Origin: Moniliella sp. 'wahieum'
Taxonomy: Eukaryota
Length of the DNA stretch: 64,000 nucleotides
Direction of reading: 5' to 3'
Assembly (NCBI GenBank): GCA_003971905.1
Contig: RSEE01000106.1
Location: 124,001 to 188,000 of the forward strand
Shown: piece after piece, positions 1 to 12,112 of the stretch
How the letters are laid out: each line of letters opens with the position of its first letter
Position numbering within the stretch: position 1 is the first letter of the stretch
Position numbers and translations under genes: made by a program
Notes under the pieces: generated by a model
What the model was told of the DNA's origin: nothing
The model's database searches: none
Seen by the model: the letters and a program-made list of their open reading frames with translations, nothing else

Positions 1-187
1 CGGGGGGGTTGCTGATGAGGTGGGGCGCTGGGCGGGCACTGGCGGAGGTGGCGCTCACACTGGCTCGTCTGCTTGAGCCGGGGCTGGGGGAGCGGGTGGC
101 GCGGCCGAGGACGTGCTGTTGCTTGCGACGCTTGGAGACCGGCTCGGGGTCCGTGGTGTTGGGCGGCGGCGGCGGCGGGCAGGACAT
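1..187 (-). CDS. 5' end of an unknown protein running off the left edge (MSCPPPPPPNTTDPEPVSKRRKQQHVLGRATRSPSPGSS...)
   Basis: Manual translation: ATG at 187, open to position 1, GC-rich codons, NLS-like KRRK. Confidence 0.55.
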   Translation of the reverse strand, partial: MSCPPPPPPNTTDPEPVSKRRKQQHVLGRATRSPSPGSSRRASVSATSASARPAPHLISNPP

Positions 188-766
188 ATGCGGGAGGATG
201 GGGTGGAAGGGGGCGTGGAGGAGCCGCGTCGAAGCGAGGCTACGCCAATAACCGAAGCTCAAATAACAAAGGTGCGCCATTTAATGGGTCTGGCCATCTG
301 GACTGTGTGCGCGGTCTGGCGGCTAAAAAAACGCAGCCTATCCCCGCAGGCCGACCGTCCTATGACACGATGACGGTCATCCACACCCGCATTGGCCTCA
401 CCGATCTCAGATTGATCTCATCCCTCTCGCCTATCCTACGCCCTCGGGTAGATACAGTCGACGGCGGCCGCGCACGGATCGCTTGTTTTATAATTGCTAG
501 CACTGCACCAGCAGCATTCCTTTGTAGATATAGTAAACCGTGTTTTTTTTGCATGTCGTACCCATGCTTGCCTGCAGCTCCTCCCTCTAATACTTCTCCT
601 CTGCGTTGGATCTCCTCTACCCACTATATCTGCACGATACACTTGTATCGGCACGAATCAGGCTAAGGAGACGAGACGCGAGCGCCCTATTGGATGGGCC
701 ATAGTCCGTCGGCACCGGCAAGCGAGCGACGCGAGCGACGAGAGGAAAGACGGGGGCAGAGTCACA

Positions 767-1906
767 CTAGAAGCGCTTGGCGTCGTAGACCCGCTTGGAT
801 TGGTAAAAGTGCCACGCGACTCCTCCAATCACTCCAATCCCCGCCACTGCCAGCACCACCTTAAGTACCCGCCACACCAAACCAACCACGCCCGCCATCA
901 ACCAGTGGATCATGCCTGGGCCCGACGCACCCCCCTTGGCCCCTGCCTTGCTCGTCTTGCCCCATTGCCCAGGAACGGCTCGGCCTCGGCCCGTGCCGCC
1001 ATTTGCCAGCGGCTTGTGCACAATCGAATGGGTTTCCACCGACACCAGCTCGTGGTTGTCTGACACCTCGCCCGTCGCCGCTGTAAAACCCAGGAAGGGG
1101 TTTTCGGGCAGCTTGAATTTACCAATCTCGCTTCAAGCAACGCAGTGTGATGCCCCCACGCGAAGTCAGCCCTGCTATTCTCTTCGCCCCACCACACACA
1201 CGGCCACATACTCAGCCCCCCCCCCCACACTGACCAGGCAAAACCACAATGACACTTACAAACAAGGTTCCCATTGGTCCCACTCCTTGGTTTGCAGCTG
1301 CAGCTCAATGTACTCGCCGTCAACGTAGGTCAACCTCGCACGGGCTGATACCGGCGTGTCGCGGAACCGGATCGAGCAGCCTCCCACCTCTAGGTTGACC
1401 CCGTCCTGACTCGGCATGTAGGGTGTATACTTGCCCCCCTGCAAGGCCATCACGCGTGGGAATGCATAGGGATGCGGACCGTTGGCGTACGTATCAAACG
1501 TCACTCCCAACCCGTCGAACGTAGCCTGGTTTCCCAAGGCCGGGCCACTCTGGGCGCGTTCCGAGGTGAGCCAGAGCGCCATCCCATCGCCAAAGACATG
1601 ATGCGACCGGCCGGCGATGGCAAACTCCACCGTAATCTGAAAGTCACGCGCATGAATGGGATGACGCGTCCAAATCCAGCCCTGCTGGGACTTTTTGTCC
1701 TGGGTCAAACGCACTCCTCGAGCCGAATCGATGATGGTGGACCCGCCAAAGTCCCAAAACTGGTTTTGCAGGTCACCGTCCACATAAGGGTGGCGAAGCG
1801 ACGCTGCTTTCAGCGAGATAAGCGCTTCGTAGTCGTCTTGCGTGTACGCGCATCGCCCCACCGACGCTACACATACCGCCACCACCAGCACAGCCAGCAG
1901 CAACAT
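767..1906 (-). CDS. ER/Golgi L-type lectin (VIP36/ERGIC-53/Emp47 family), 2 exons, intron ~1131-1259
   Basis: Signal peptide MLLLAVLVV; WDFGGSTII, VRLTQD..SQQGWIW, GDGMALWLT, FDTYAN; after GTAAGT..GCTGAC..AG splicing reads LGFTAATGEVSDNHE; C-terminal TM segment and ...DAKRF* tail. Confidence 0.9.
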
Positions 1907-2787
1907 GATGGGGGACGGGAACCGCACGGACTCCTCCCCCCCGCCATTTGTGTTGGCCTCTTTGTGCTGTGGTTTGCTGTGTCGGGTCAGGCTCAGCTTA
2001 AACCCCTTTATTACCACGCTCCAGGCGCAGCGCCACTTCATTCCGCTATTCTGCCACGTCATATACCCTGCGCTTATACGCCCCCTAGAACTTGCTCAGG
2101 GGCAGTGTGGCTTCTCTCCGTCCCACATTAAGTGGAGCTTGATGGTGGTGGGGCTGCAATTGCGCTGGCCTTCTTTGTGATATACCACGACATGTGGCGT
2201 AGGAGTTGGTACGGGTTCTCCTCTGGGAACGAGCCTGGCCAAGCGCAGAAGCGCTAACTGTTTTTAACAGAGGTCACACATGACACACACGGTCTCCTTT
2301 TCGTACAAGAGAGTGGTGGTGTGGCGCACGTATAGTCTACCAAGGGTGGGCAATGTGGGAAGCCGAGTATGGATCTGGACTGGTGGCTGCTCCCTCCAAA
2401 GGAGAGGGCAGCAGTGGATACCAGAGGGCCAGCCGGCGTGGGTGGCGCCAGTCGCAATATGTGCTACCCTCTCCTATGGTGTGGCATCGGAGACCAAAAA
2501 TATATTCGCATGGCCGCCTCTGGATGCATGATGCACCACAACCGGTGATGTCGGTACAAAGTGAAACGCCGCCGCGTGGCCAACATTTCAAACATTTCAA
2601 ATCACATCAGCTAAAATGTTCAAACGTTCAAGCGCACTACTCTACTAGCACGTGACACATGTCCTCTTGCACCGATCGGCACCAATTTTTTTCGGCCATG
2701 CTTTTTTTGGCGGCTTTCTTCAAGCTTGAAGCGACTCAGCCGCGTCGCGCCTCAGGTTCCGACCACCACCACCGCTCTCCTTCCAGC

Positions 2788-4503
2788 ATGGGTTCCAAAG
2801 CAGTAACTAAGAAATCCACCGCGCCCAAGGCCGACAAGAAGGCCCCTGTTGCCGCCAAGAAGGCCGAATCGAAGTCCAAGGTGACCAAGACCGCCAAGAA
2901 GCAGGAATCGTCTTCGGACGAGTCCAGCTCTTCCGATTCGGACTCGGACTCCGACTCTGACTCGGATTCGGGCTCGGACTCTGACTCGAGCTCGAGCTCG
3001 AGTTCCAGTTCCAGCTCTAACTCTAGCTCCAGCTCCGGCTCCAGCTCCAGCTCGGAGCAGGAGAAGCCTGCACCCAAGGCCGCGGAGAGCAGCGACTCCG
3101 ACAGCGATTCGAGCAGCGATTCGGACAGCGACTCGGACAGCGACTCGGACGACGCGTCCGACGAAAAGCCTGCCGCTGCAGAGACAAAGAAGGCGGACGC
3201 CTCCAGTGACGGCTCTTCCGACTCTGACTCTGACTCTGGACTCGGGCTCTGGCTCGGGCTCTGAATCGGACTCGGACTCGTCTGACTCTGACGCCGACTC
3301 TGACTCTGAAGAGAAGACCGAGAAGGATGCTAAGGTATGCACTCCCCGATACCTGTCGCCAACCAGCCCTCCACCTCTGCAGGGCTCTCCCTCTTATCAT
3401 TGGATTACGCTAACCTCCTTTCCTCATTCCCTCTCCGCCTACCAGGCTGCCAAGGCTGCGTCTTCTTCTAGCGCAAGCTCCGCCTCGTCCAGCGCCGCCT
3501 CGGACTCGGACTCTGACTCGGACTCTGACTCTGACTCGGAATCTGGATCGGGCTCAAGCGACTCGGACTCGGATTCCGAGTCTGATGAGGATGAGGATGA
3601 CGACGAGGAAATGGAAGAGGCCAAGGAAGAGAAGCCTGTTTCGAAGAAGCGCAAGGCAGAGGACGAGGATGAGGCTCAAGGGAGCAGCAAAGCCGTTAAG
3701 GTGAACGCATCAGATTCCCCTGCTACCAACGCTGAGGCGGGTGAGGAGGAACCAACGAGTGTGTTTGTGGGCCAGCTGTCGTGGAACGTGGACGATGACT
3801 GGCTGGCCGAGGTATTTGCCAAGGTGGGCGCTGTCAAATCGGCGCGTGTGCAGACTGACCGGGAGACCCAGCGCTCTCGTGGATTTGGCTACGTCGAATT
3901 CGAGTCACACCAAGACGCAAAGAAGGCAGCTGAGGAGATGGATGGCTTTGAACTCGATGGCCGCAACATCCGTGTCAACTTTGCCACCCCGCGTCCACCC
4001 AAGGACCCCAACCACCGCCAGCATGCCGCTGAGCAGCGCGCCAAGATGCGTGGCGACAAGATTTCCGAGCCTTCGGCTACCCTCTTTATGGGCGGTCTGG
4101 CATGGAAGGCCACCGACGACGACGTGTGGGAGGCCTTTGGTCAGGTCGCCGCTGTCAACCACGTCCGGATTCCCAAAGACATTGAGACCGACAAGCCCAA
4201 AGGCTTTGGTTACATTGAGTTTGGCTCGGTGGAGGACGCGACCAAAGCACTCAACACTCTCAATGGCTCGCAGATTGCCGGCCGGCCGATTCGTCTGGAC
4301 TATGCGCCCCCGCGTGACCAGGCGGGCGGTAGCGGCGGACGCGGTGGGGGACGTGGTGGACGTGGCGGGTTTGGCGGCCGGGGTGGTGGACGTGGCGGCG
4401 GTCGTGGTGGCGGCCGTGGCGGGTTTCAGTCGCGTGACAGTGGCTACGCCCGCCGTTCGGGCGCGGCCGCTGCCCGGAGGGCAAGAAGATCTCTTTTGAC
4501 TAA
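2788..4503 (+). CDS. NSR1: Nucleolin-like protein (Nsr1/Gar2): Ser/Asp-rich N-terminus, 2 RRMs, RGG tail; intron 3335-3445; apparent indels near 3240 and 4470
   Basis: SVFVGQLSWNVDDDWL, RSRGFGYVEF, TLFMGGLAW, KPKGFGYIEF, GGRGG repeats, frameshift-corrected end EGKKISFD*. Confidence 0.93.
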
Positions 4504-5163
4504 GGACATCGTGTCCTGTGGCACTCCCGTCGGTCTCCCACGGTCGATCGCTGCCTCGTGATAGAACCCCCTCCTTCCCCGCCCCCCCCCCTCCCCGCCC
4601 CCTCGCCTTCCCTTCCTGCTCTCCTATCCCCCAAAAGCCAGTAGGACACTGGCACCCAATTGTACTACTTTTCTCGACGCCATCGCTTTTCTTGTTCTTC
4701 TGCACTTGCTCTTAATTAGCCCGACCCTAGAACATGTATGTAGTAGTCATTTTTACCCAATGCCATGAGAACAGTATAGTCGGGATGCAAGACCGTATCC
4801 GGGTCTTTAGTATGTCACGATCCTCTTATAAGGAGGTACCAGGGGTACCTCATCAGAAGAAGTCGGCGTTGTGGTGTAAGTACCTGATCAGGCCAAAAGC
4901 GGTAAGGGCAAGGCAAAAAAAATCCGAAGCGACCGCTCGTTCTGCTCCACCCCAACCAACCTATAACCGGCATATCCAACATCCGCTGTTCCTTTCTTAT
5001 TGTCCGCAAGTCGAACCGCGCACTGTGCTACTCACAACATTCCTATGATTATACTTTACTTTTCGCGCACCATTCTGCTGGATCGGTACCCATTCTTCCT
5101 TAAGCAAAGGTGGGTGTCACGAATACATTAATGCATATATGCACCTTCAAAGCGAAGCCACCC

Positions 5164-6960
5164 TCAGTCCGACTCGTCGGCTTCTTGCTCGACTTCAGAC
5201 TCACCCTCCAACTCTGGCTCATCGCCATCATCGTCATCGTCGTTATCGTCGCTGTCGCTGGAGTACTCTTCCAGCAAACCATCCTTCTTGGCCTGCTCGA
5301 TTTGCTTCTCGAGTTGCTGCAGTTCGGCCTCTTCGGCGTCCGTATCAACATCCTCGTCGCTGTCAACCTCGTCCGAATCGGCATCTTCCATCTCCTCGTC
5401 ACTCTCCTCCACACCCTCGTCAATCTGCACCGCCTTGCCTTTGCCCTTGGGGTCAGGCTTCTTCTCCTCCACCACGCCAGCGGTGCTGAGACAGGTGAGA
5501 CGCGTCCCCTTGGTGCTAAACTCGCCCACGGGAAGGAGCTCTTCTGGTTCGGGTACCGTCTTGGCAAGCAAGCCTCCCATGCGCGACAAGTCAAACGCCC
5601 GCACCAACCCATCTGACGAAACAGTCACACCTACCTGCACGGCTTCACCATCCACCAGTACAGGAATGGCCGACACAGCCTTTACTCTGTCAAACACAAT
5701 GCATCCCAGCCTCGAGTCAGTGGATCGTCACGGTTGAGCCGGGAAAAAGGAAGAGGTGATAATACATACCGGTTGCCATGCCCACATAGACGAGCAACCT
5801 CTCGGAAGGTGGGCATGCCCTCTTGTTCAAAGGGGTGCTCGACATCAAACACATGCACCATCTTGTCTTCCCCAGCAGCCAAAAGAGCCTCATGGGCGTT
5901 CCCTTCTTCATCTTGGAACGAACCGAAGAGCACATCATGCCAGCGAACCCGGGTTTGGGTTTCGCCAACCAAGTTCATTGCCGTGTCATATACCCGCATG
6001 GAAGGACCGGCAACGACGGCAAAACGGGAACCCTTCGTATCCCACGCAACCTTTCTGCCGTGGTAGGAATTTTGGTCGACACTGCTGGCTTGCCGCGCAT
6101 TAGATCCCACATCCGTACTGTCCGATCCTTGCCTACCGAGATGGCCACCTTGCCACTCGGATGCGTCGCTACATCGTGCACGGCGCCCTTATGGCCCTTG
6201 AGAGTGGTAAGCAAACTCCACTCCCTTGCACGATACACGTTGATCAACCCGTCTTCCGACGTGTGATGAGAAAGCTCTTGGACGGGAAGTGGACCGAGGT
6301 AATGGTACCACTGTGTCCTGTCAACCCACCTACTTCGACCTTTTTCTTCAGGTCCCACACCTTGATCATCTCGTCGTTCCCGCCCGTGGCCAGCCAACGC
6401 GACCCCGTGCCAGCACAAGCCGCAGTCCGAATGGACGAGACGTGAGCGGGGAACATGAAAATCGGCTTCAACTCCACTTCCAACTCGCCTTGCTCCGAGC
6501 GTGAAGCAGAGCCTTGCAGGCCATAGAGCAAGCGCTCGTAGCTACCAGCCACAACAACGAATGTACGCGTCGGTTCGCCTGACGTCACAGCCAACGCAGG
6601 GACATCAGAAGGGGATTGGATGGTTTTGGTCTGCTTGGCTGCCATTTTGGCCAGCTGCTTCTCGCGCTTAAACTCGGCGAGTGCCTCGGCTTTTTTGCGT
6701 TGGATAAACTCGTGCTTGGTTTTGGCATGCTTGTCGTTCTTGCCTGGATGTTGAGCAGAGGACTGTGCCTTTCCCGGACGCCCTTTTGCGCGCACGTCAG
6801 TGTAATTCTTGTTGAGGCGCGTGGGCATGGGCTTGGCCAGCTCAGCGGCCTTGGCGGCAGCGCGACGGGCAGCACCACTCGTGGTACTGCGCTCGGGAGC
6901 AGCCTCGGTCTTGAAGTCTTCAAAGCGAGTGGGCTTCTTGTCGGGCTTGGCGCCCTTCAT
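5164..6960 (-). CDS. MAK11: WD40 60S biogenesis factor Mak11/PAK1IP1; intron 5687-5769; indels near 6250 and 6050
   Basis: VVAGSYERLLYG, PIFMFPAHVSSI, LATGGNDEMIKVWDL, HPSGKVAISVGKDRTVRMWDL, GHGNR|VK, TVSSDGLVRAFDL, TKGTRLTCL. Confidence 0.9.
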
Positions 6961-7756
6961 CCCCTTTTGGAGGGCCCTTTCTTGCCTGCGTGCCGGGGGG
7001 GTGGCATGGTTGAAAAGTAGTGGTGGTGGTGGTGGTGCTTGGGCCTGGCCCGGCCAAACGCCATGTCTCCCAGCCTGGCAGCCCGAAAAAAAAGGACACC
7101 GGTGCAACCGCCGCGCTTGAACAGTTCATCAGCATTATGGGGGCAAGCCCAACCCTAGCACTGGTCACGCGTTGTGGTGTGTGATGCAAATGCGACGTGA
7201 CATGTGACATGTGACAGGTGGCCGCCGCTGCTGCGTCGCCTTCACCTGATTATATTTCCACAGCCAATTATCCTTGAGTCCGACCGCTCTTACAGGTGCG
7301 GTTTCTGTCATGGAGGAAACTCCCATCCCTTCGATCCGTCGGACAAAGACACATTGACTCCGCCTACTAGCAATCCAAATGCGGGGGCGAGATCATTGCT
7401 TCTGTCGAGAATCTGGCAGAGCAAGTTGGTGCACGACTAATATTGATAGGTTTGTCTGTTCAGAACACGCAATTACTACTAACGAAATGACATGCCGAAT
7501 CAACAGGGATGTGGAAGACTGTGCAGTACACTGGTCTAGTGCATTGAGAGTTGGCGAAACGCCTCAACAGGAAGGCATGCATGGAGCAGGGTGCAGTGGA
7601 GACTCGATGACACCTTCGGGCAGGGAGAGGGGTATGTGGGGGGTTCAATCCTCTCCCTCTCCCGCAGGCCCAATGGATTAGGAGGGGGGTACGCTGGGGT
7701 TTCAATCCTCTCCCCTCCTCAAATCCATAAGCCGTATGTGCGACAAGACATCCCAC

Positions 7757-8203
7757 TCACAGACGGCGACCACGACGGCCGCCCTTCCTGCGGGTCGAGT
7801 CAGTCGGGACAGGGGTTACATCCTCAATGCGGCCAATGCGCATGCCCGAACGCGCCAGGGCACGCAGAGCTGATTGGGCCCCCGGGCCAGGTGACTTGGT
7901 GCCTGTGCCACCCGTCGCACGCAGCTTGATATGCAGAGCGGTGATGCCCACCTCTTTGCAGCGAGCAGCAACGTCCTGAGCCGCCAGCATGGCCGCGTAC
8001 GGAGACGACTCGTCCCGGTCCGCCTTTACCTTCATGCCACCAGTAACGCGGCTGATCGTCTCCTTTCCCGACAAGTCCGTCACGTGGATGAACGAGTCGT
8101 TGTAAGAAGCAAAGATGTGAGCCGTGCCAAACACGAGCTCCCCATTGCCAACTTGGGGGCCAAGTGCGACAGCGGGAGCAGCAGTGCGGGTCTTAGGGGG
8201 CAT
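7757..8203 (-). CDS. RPS14: 40S ribosomal protein S14 (uS11); 5'UTR intron 8208-8449
   Basis: Intact 148-aa [30 protein letters not shown]...[14 protein letters not shown]. Confidence 0.98.
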   Translation of the reverse strand: MPPKTRTAAPAVALGPQVGNGELVFGTAHIFASYNDSFIHVTDLSGKETISRVTGGMKVKADRDESSPYAAMLAAQDVAARCKEVGITALHIKLRATGGTGTKSPGPGAQSALRALARSGMRIGRIEDVTPVPTDSTRRKGGRRGRRL

Positions 8204-8538
8204 ATTTCTGCAAGAAGAGCAGTGTCAGCAGCCTGATGGAAGAGCATCCTGGGCCATAGCAAACAAGCGACGAGGAAGACAAGCAAAAGCAACTGTCCTT
8301 GCTCCAGGCAAAGTGAAGCAAAGGAGGTCACAGCACCATTGACATTCCGAGAGCGCGGAGCTGCGTGCCTTCAGATAGACATCAACATTCTCTCTCCGTT
8401 TGTCACTGGGGCAACGGGCCCTGGGCCTCAACAAGGAGGGTGAACGCACCTTGAGCCGGTCGGTGGAGAACCAACACCAGTCTGTCGGGCTCAGGCCTCC
8501 TAAGTGCTCAATCCGAGGCTGAGCTTCGTATTGCCTGC

Positions 8539-8550
8539 CAGTAGGGTTGT
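8539..8550. promoter_or_regulatory. Candidate ribosomal-protein promoter element CAGTAGGGTTGT
   Basis: Identical 12-mer at 28633-28644 in the RPL30/RPL37 promoter. Confidence 0.5.
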
Positions 8551-8883
8551 CGGATCAGCTGTGGCGTAATTAAAATTAAGTGAAATATTATGAAGGTTCA
8601 AGCATTTCAATAATACCCGCTAATGGTTGTTGAACTTCAACGTTCATTGAACGTTGATTTTTAACACACACGCTCTGGCCTTTAATATAGGACGAAAAAA
8701 ACTTTACGCTAAACAGACTCGCTCATTCAGTGTGGGCTGTTAGCCCGCGCCAACCCATTCCGGAGGCCGCTGGTGTTGCCAGCGGGTCACGACCCTATGG
8801 AGAATCCTGCCAACCGCTTCCCAACCGGATGTAACGTGGGTGGATATAAAAACAAGTCACAAAAAAGGAAGTTAACCGCAGTA

Positions 8884-9297
8884 TCTTACAGTCGGGGCTA
8901 TAAGGCGAGGGAGACCTCAGTCGGGATTAGGTCAAGGGATGTAGCAATCATTCGTGGGGGAGAAACAAGAGCAGATGTTGACCAAGTTACTAAGTCCCAG
9001 CCACCTCCGAGGTCACCCTGACTCTCTTACACATCCCGGCACCACGCCAGTATCTCTACCTTCTTTCCTTTCTCCTCCTTCTTCTCCTTCTTCTTCTGAT
9101 CCTCAACAGTCTTCTTCTATACCCAGATCCGGTCTTCTCTCTACCACTGCATAACTGCACTTAGGACATCGGGGTAACCAGGATCATTAGCAGAAGACAT
9201 GGTGCGAAGTGGAAAGAACAGGGAAAGAACAGGGAAAGAACGGGGCGCTCGGGACGAAGAAATTGGAAATGGGAGCGAGATCAGCCAAACAATGGCA
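8884..9297 (-). mobile_element. 3' LTR of the Gypsy relic (family B), interrupted by a nested solo LTR
   Basis: Aligns by eye with solo LTR 53088-53262; on the - strand preceded by a polypurine tract GAAAGGGGGAAA then TGCCA. Confidence 0.75.
8976..9192. mobile_element. Nested 217-bp solo LTR-like insertion
   Basis: Absent from the 53-kb copy; TGTTGA...TTAGCA termini; flanks GCAGA/GAAGA (5-bp TSD, 1 mismatch). Confidence 0.6.
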
Positions 9298-9309
9298 TTT
9301 CCCCCTTTC

Positions 9310-10200
9310 ACAGACCTCATCTACCGGGTGGCGACGGAGGCGAGAGGAGGGCGAGTCGGCGGGGCATGAGACTCAGCCTTATCGGGATAGAGGACATGAA
9401 AACGGACGGCTCGGCGTCATGAAACATGTCCGCGGGGACTCCTATTGTGAACGGGATAGCCCCGGAAGTGAACAAATACTTAATCTTCCGAGTCACAGCC
9501 CTTGCGGGGAGAGTCGAGGACTCGTGGTGAACCACACATCGGAACCCTTTTCGGGGAGAGTAGGCAGGGGCATGATCAAGCGGGCAGGGGCCACGTCACC
9601 CGTTGTGTAGGCAAGCATACTAGTGGGACACATGAAACACGTCATGGAGGTGTAGACCGACAGAAGGTCGCTGGTTAGATATATTCGTCCCGGCGGACCA
9701 AGACAAGCTGGCCAGCAGTGAAGGAAGCGCCTCGGTGCGCTGATCGGCATAGTGCTTGTAGCCTTTTTCGCCACGGCGAGCGTCCGGAAGGCCACTACCT
9801 GTACCGAACGCAAATCCTCAAGGTACGATGAAGTGGCGGGCACGGGCGAAGTGGTGGGCACCAACTCCCCCCGGGGGGAATAAGCATAATTAAGGACAAA
9901 ATGGGACTGGCAGATGCTCGAGTGGGAGGTCCAGTTGTAGGCAAATCGGCCATGGGGAGTAGGTTGAACCAAATGGACTGCTGCTCGTCGAGGTATAACA
10001 GCGGAGTACTATTCTAGGATTTGATTGATGCGCTCGGTTTGGCCGTCCGTCTGGGGGTGGTACGCGGTGCGGAGACTCGACTTGACGCCCAATCCAGCAC
10101 ACAAGGCTCGCAGAAGTGGCTCGTGAAAGTCGGTCATATTCCAGATGAATCAACAACAACCTGCTCGAGTTCGAATGCACATCCTCGGTGGGCTTGATAC
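9310..10200 (-). pseudogene. Degenerate Ty3/Gypsy pol: integrase plus chromodomain remnant
   Basis: Frame-hopping translation gives [33 protein letters not shown] and KIKYL..(RGY) chromodomain-like words; many stops. Confidence 0.8.
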
Positions 10201-11031
10201 TAGAGTTGGGCTTTGCTTGCAACAATTACATCAAGTCTTCAGGTAGCGCAGCAGTCCCTGGAAAACAGACTACTATCCTTCAGTCCTTCTTGATGCCGTC
10301 CAAAACCCATTGCTTCTAGACGCCTTCGTCGGCATCGTAGCATTCCAAAACCCCTCCGTTATTAGGGCATCTCCGTCAGTCCCATGAGAACTTTAGCCTC
10401 GGCTTGAAGACCCTAGAAATCTCTCTCTGATGACACCACTTGCCGGACAAGAAATGGGATGGATCATCATATGACCGCCGGTCGTGATCATACCAAAAAG
10501 AGTCTGCGACTATTGGAAAATTATGTTTTGGTTTGGAGTGGGAAAGTCGGGGATTGACTAGTAGATCCGGCACATGCTGTACTCGTCGGGAGGAGTAACT
10601 TCATTCATTTTCATTGGTGTGTTTGGTCATAGGGCGGTGGCTGAGGAAGGTATGGGTTGGAGAAATGGGCAAAGGTGGAAGGGGTGACAGTCGTTACAAG
10701 GCAAAATCATCGAGAGAAAATGGAGAAGAGGAGTATATATGCCACTGGTTTGGATGTTGCCCATACCATCCACAGAGACTGGGGCGTCTTTTTCTTGCCT
10801 CTACACTCGCTCGGTTGCATTCACCTTCAAAGAGCCTACATCCTTGGACATCGGGGTCGGGTTTCGTCATAGGACCCTCTACCCAGCAATAAAGCGTGCT
10901 CCCAGATTCAACCCAATCCGATCGCGGCTGTCAAGCCCGCCAGCATACCAACAGTTTACGTATCCGCGCGACACTGAATAGTCGCTTTTGCCCAAGTGGA
11001 TTGGTGGCCACCGCATGGCCACCCACAATAT

Positions 11032-11755
11032 TGTCAGTATTTTCCTTTGCGACGATATATAAATCGTCCCATGCCTGTTTTATTACCCGCCTTTCTAGGT
11101 TGCCTGCGCGGCAACTGTCCTCCCTGTTTTCCCCTGTCGATCCCCCGTTCTTCCTTTATTGCGTTGTTTCTTTTTTAGTAGTCCTGGTTGTCTGTTGCAA
11201 TGGTTCGTGGTTTTTCTCCACGGTCCATTGGCGTTCCCCCTACTCTCCTGGCCAATTGACCAATCCAGTACAGGCAACTCCCCTCCCTCTTAATACTTGC
11301 TCCGCCATTCCGTCCTCGTTCACACCATTGGCTTCAGTCCTCATTTCTCCGTTCCTCAGTCCCCCCAGTTCTTGCGTGCCTCCCATAATAGTAGGTGCCC
11401 CGCCGAAACCCAGCTCTCAGTTCCGCGTGCAATCCCGAACTCCAGCCACTGCGCCGCTCCCAATCCCAGTCCAGCTCCACTGGTCCGGCAATGTGGGTCC
11501 TCTGCTGCCACTGCCCATCCCTGAGCCCAAAGGCTCCAAAAACGGTAGTACTGCCGTTGCAGGCGCCTCTGCTGTAGTATACACTGCACCAAGAGAGGCC
11601 TCTCCTTGTCCCTAGCCCCGCCCGGACCCATCAATCAACCCGAGTGCGTAACTACCGGCGTGAGTCGACCTTACGACCTCCAAGAGACTGTACTCGATCC
11701 TTAACTTAACCCCCCCTCCCCCGGGCGGGCCCCCTGGCGGCGCCCGCCCCTGACA
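11032..11755 (+). mobile_element. Candidate solo LTR (724 bp)
   Basis: TGTCAG...CTGACA inverted termini, TATATAAA near 11056, GC-rich hairpin-like end; flanks AATAT/AGTAC differ by two transitions. Confidence 0.45.
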
Positions 11756-11989
11756 AGTACTATCATCATGCCTCCCACACCATCAGACCCCGACGAAGAA
11801 AAGTCGGGGTTCTAAAAGACAAATAACGCATCTTCTGACCCATCGCAATGCAAAAAGTACCCTCGAAGACGACTGCACAGCATTCGATGGTGCTAGAATG
11901 AGTGGTAGTATAAAATGTAATACCAATGGTAACCCAGGGAGAGCGAGCATAGGAGGATCAGATTCGTCAGATACGTCGCCCAGGGACAC

Positions 11990-12112
11990 GTCAACGACGT
12001 TTCTGACGTTCAGGGGGGGTGACGTCGAGGATGTATTTGACGTTCAAGGGGATGACATCGAGGACATATCTGACGTTCAGGGTGGCGACATCGACGACGT
12101 CACTGACCTGCA
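11990..12112 (+). repeat. Degenerate ~30-bp tandem repeat (about 4 units) encoding GDVEDVFDVQ-like units
   Basis: gacgtcgaggatgtatttgacgttcaagggg / gacatcgaggacatatctgacgttcagggtggc etc. Confidence 0.65.

Noticed and set aside
2208..2270. Intron-like GTACGG..GCTAAC..TTAACAG suggesting a snoRNA host transcript
   Set aside because: No convincing C/D or H/ACA boxes and no supportable exon ORF
4833..4900. CTGATGA hairpin and U2-like GCTTTTGGCCTGATCAGGT on the - strand
   Set aside because: No GAAA core; lacks the U2 GTGTAGTA branch-recognition sequence and an Sm site
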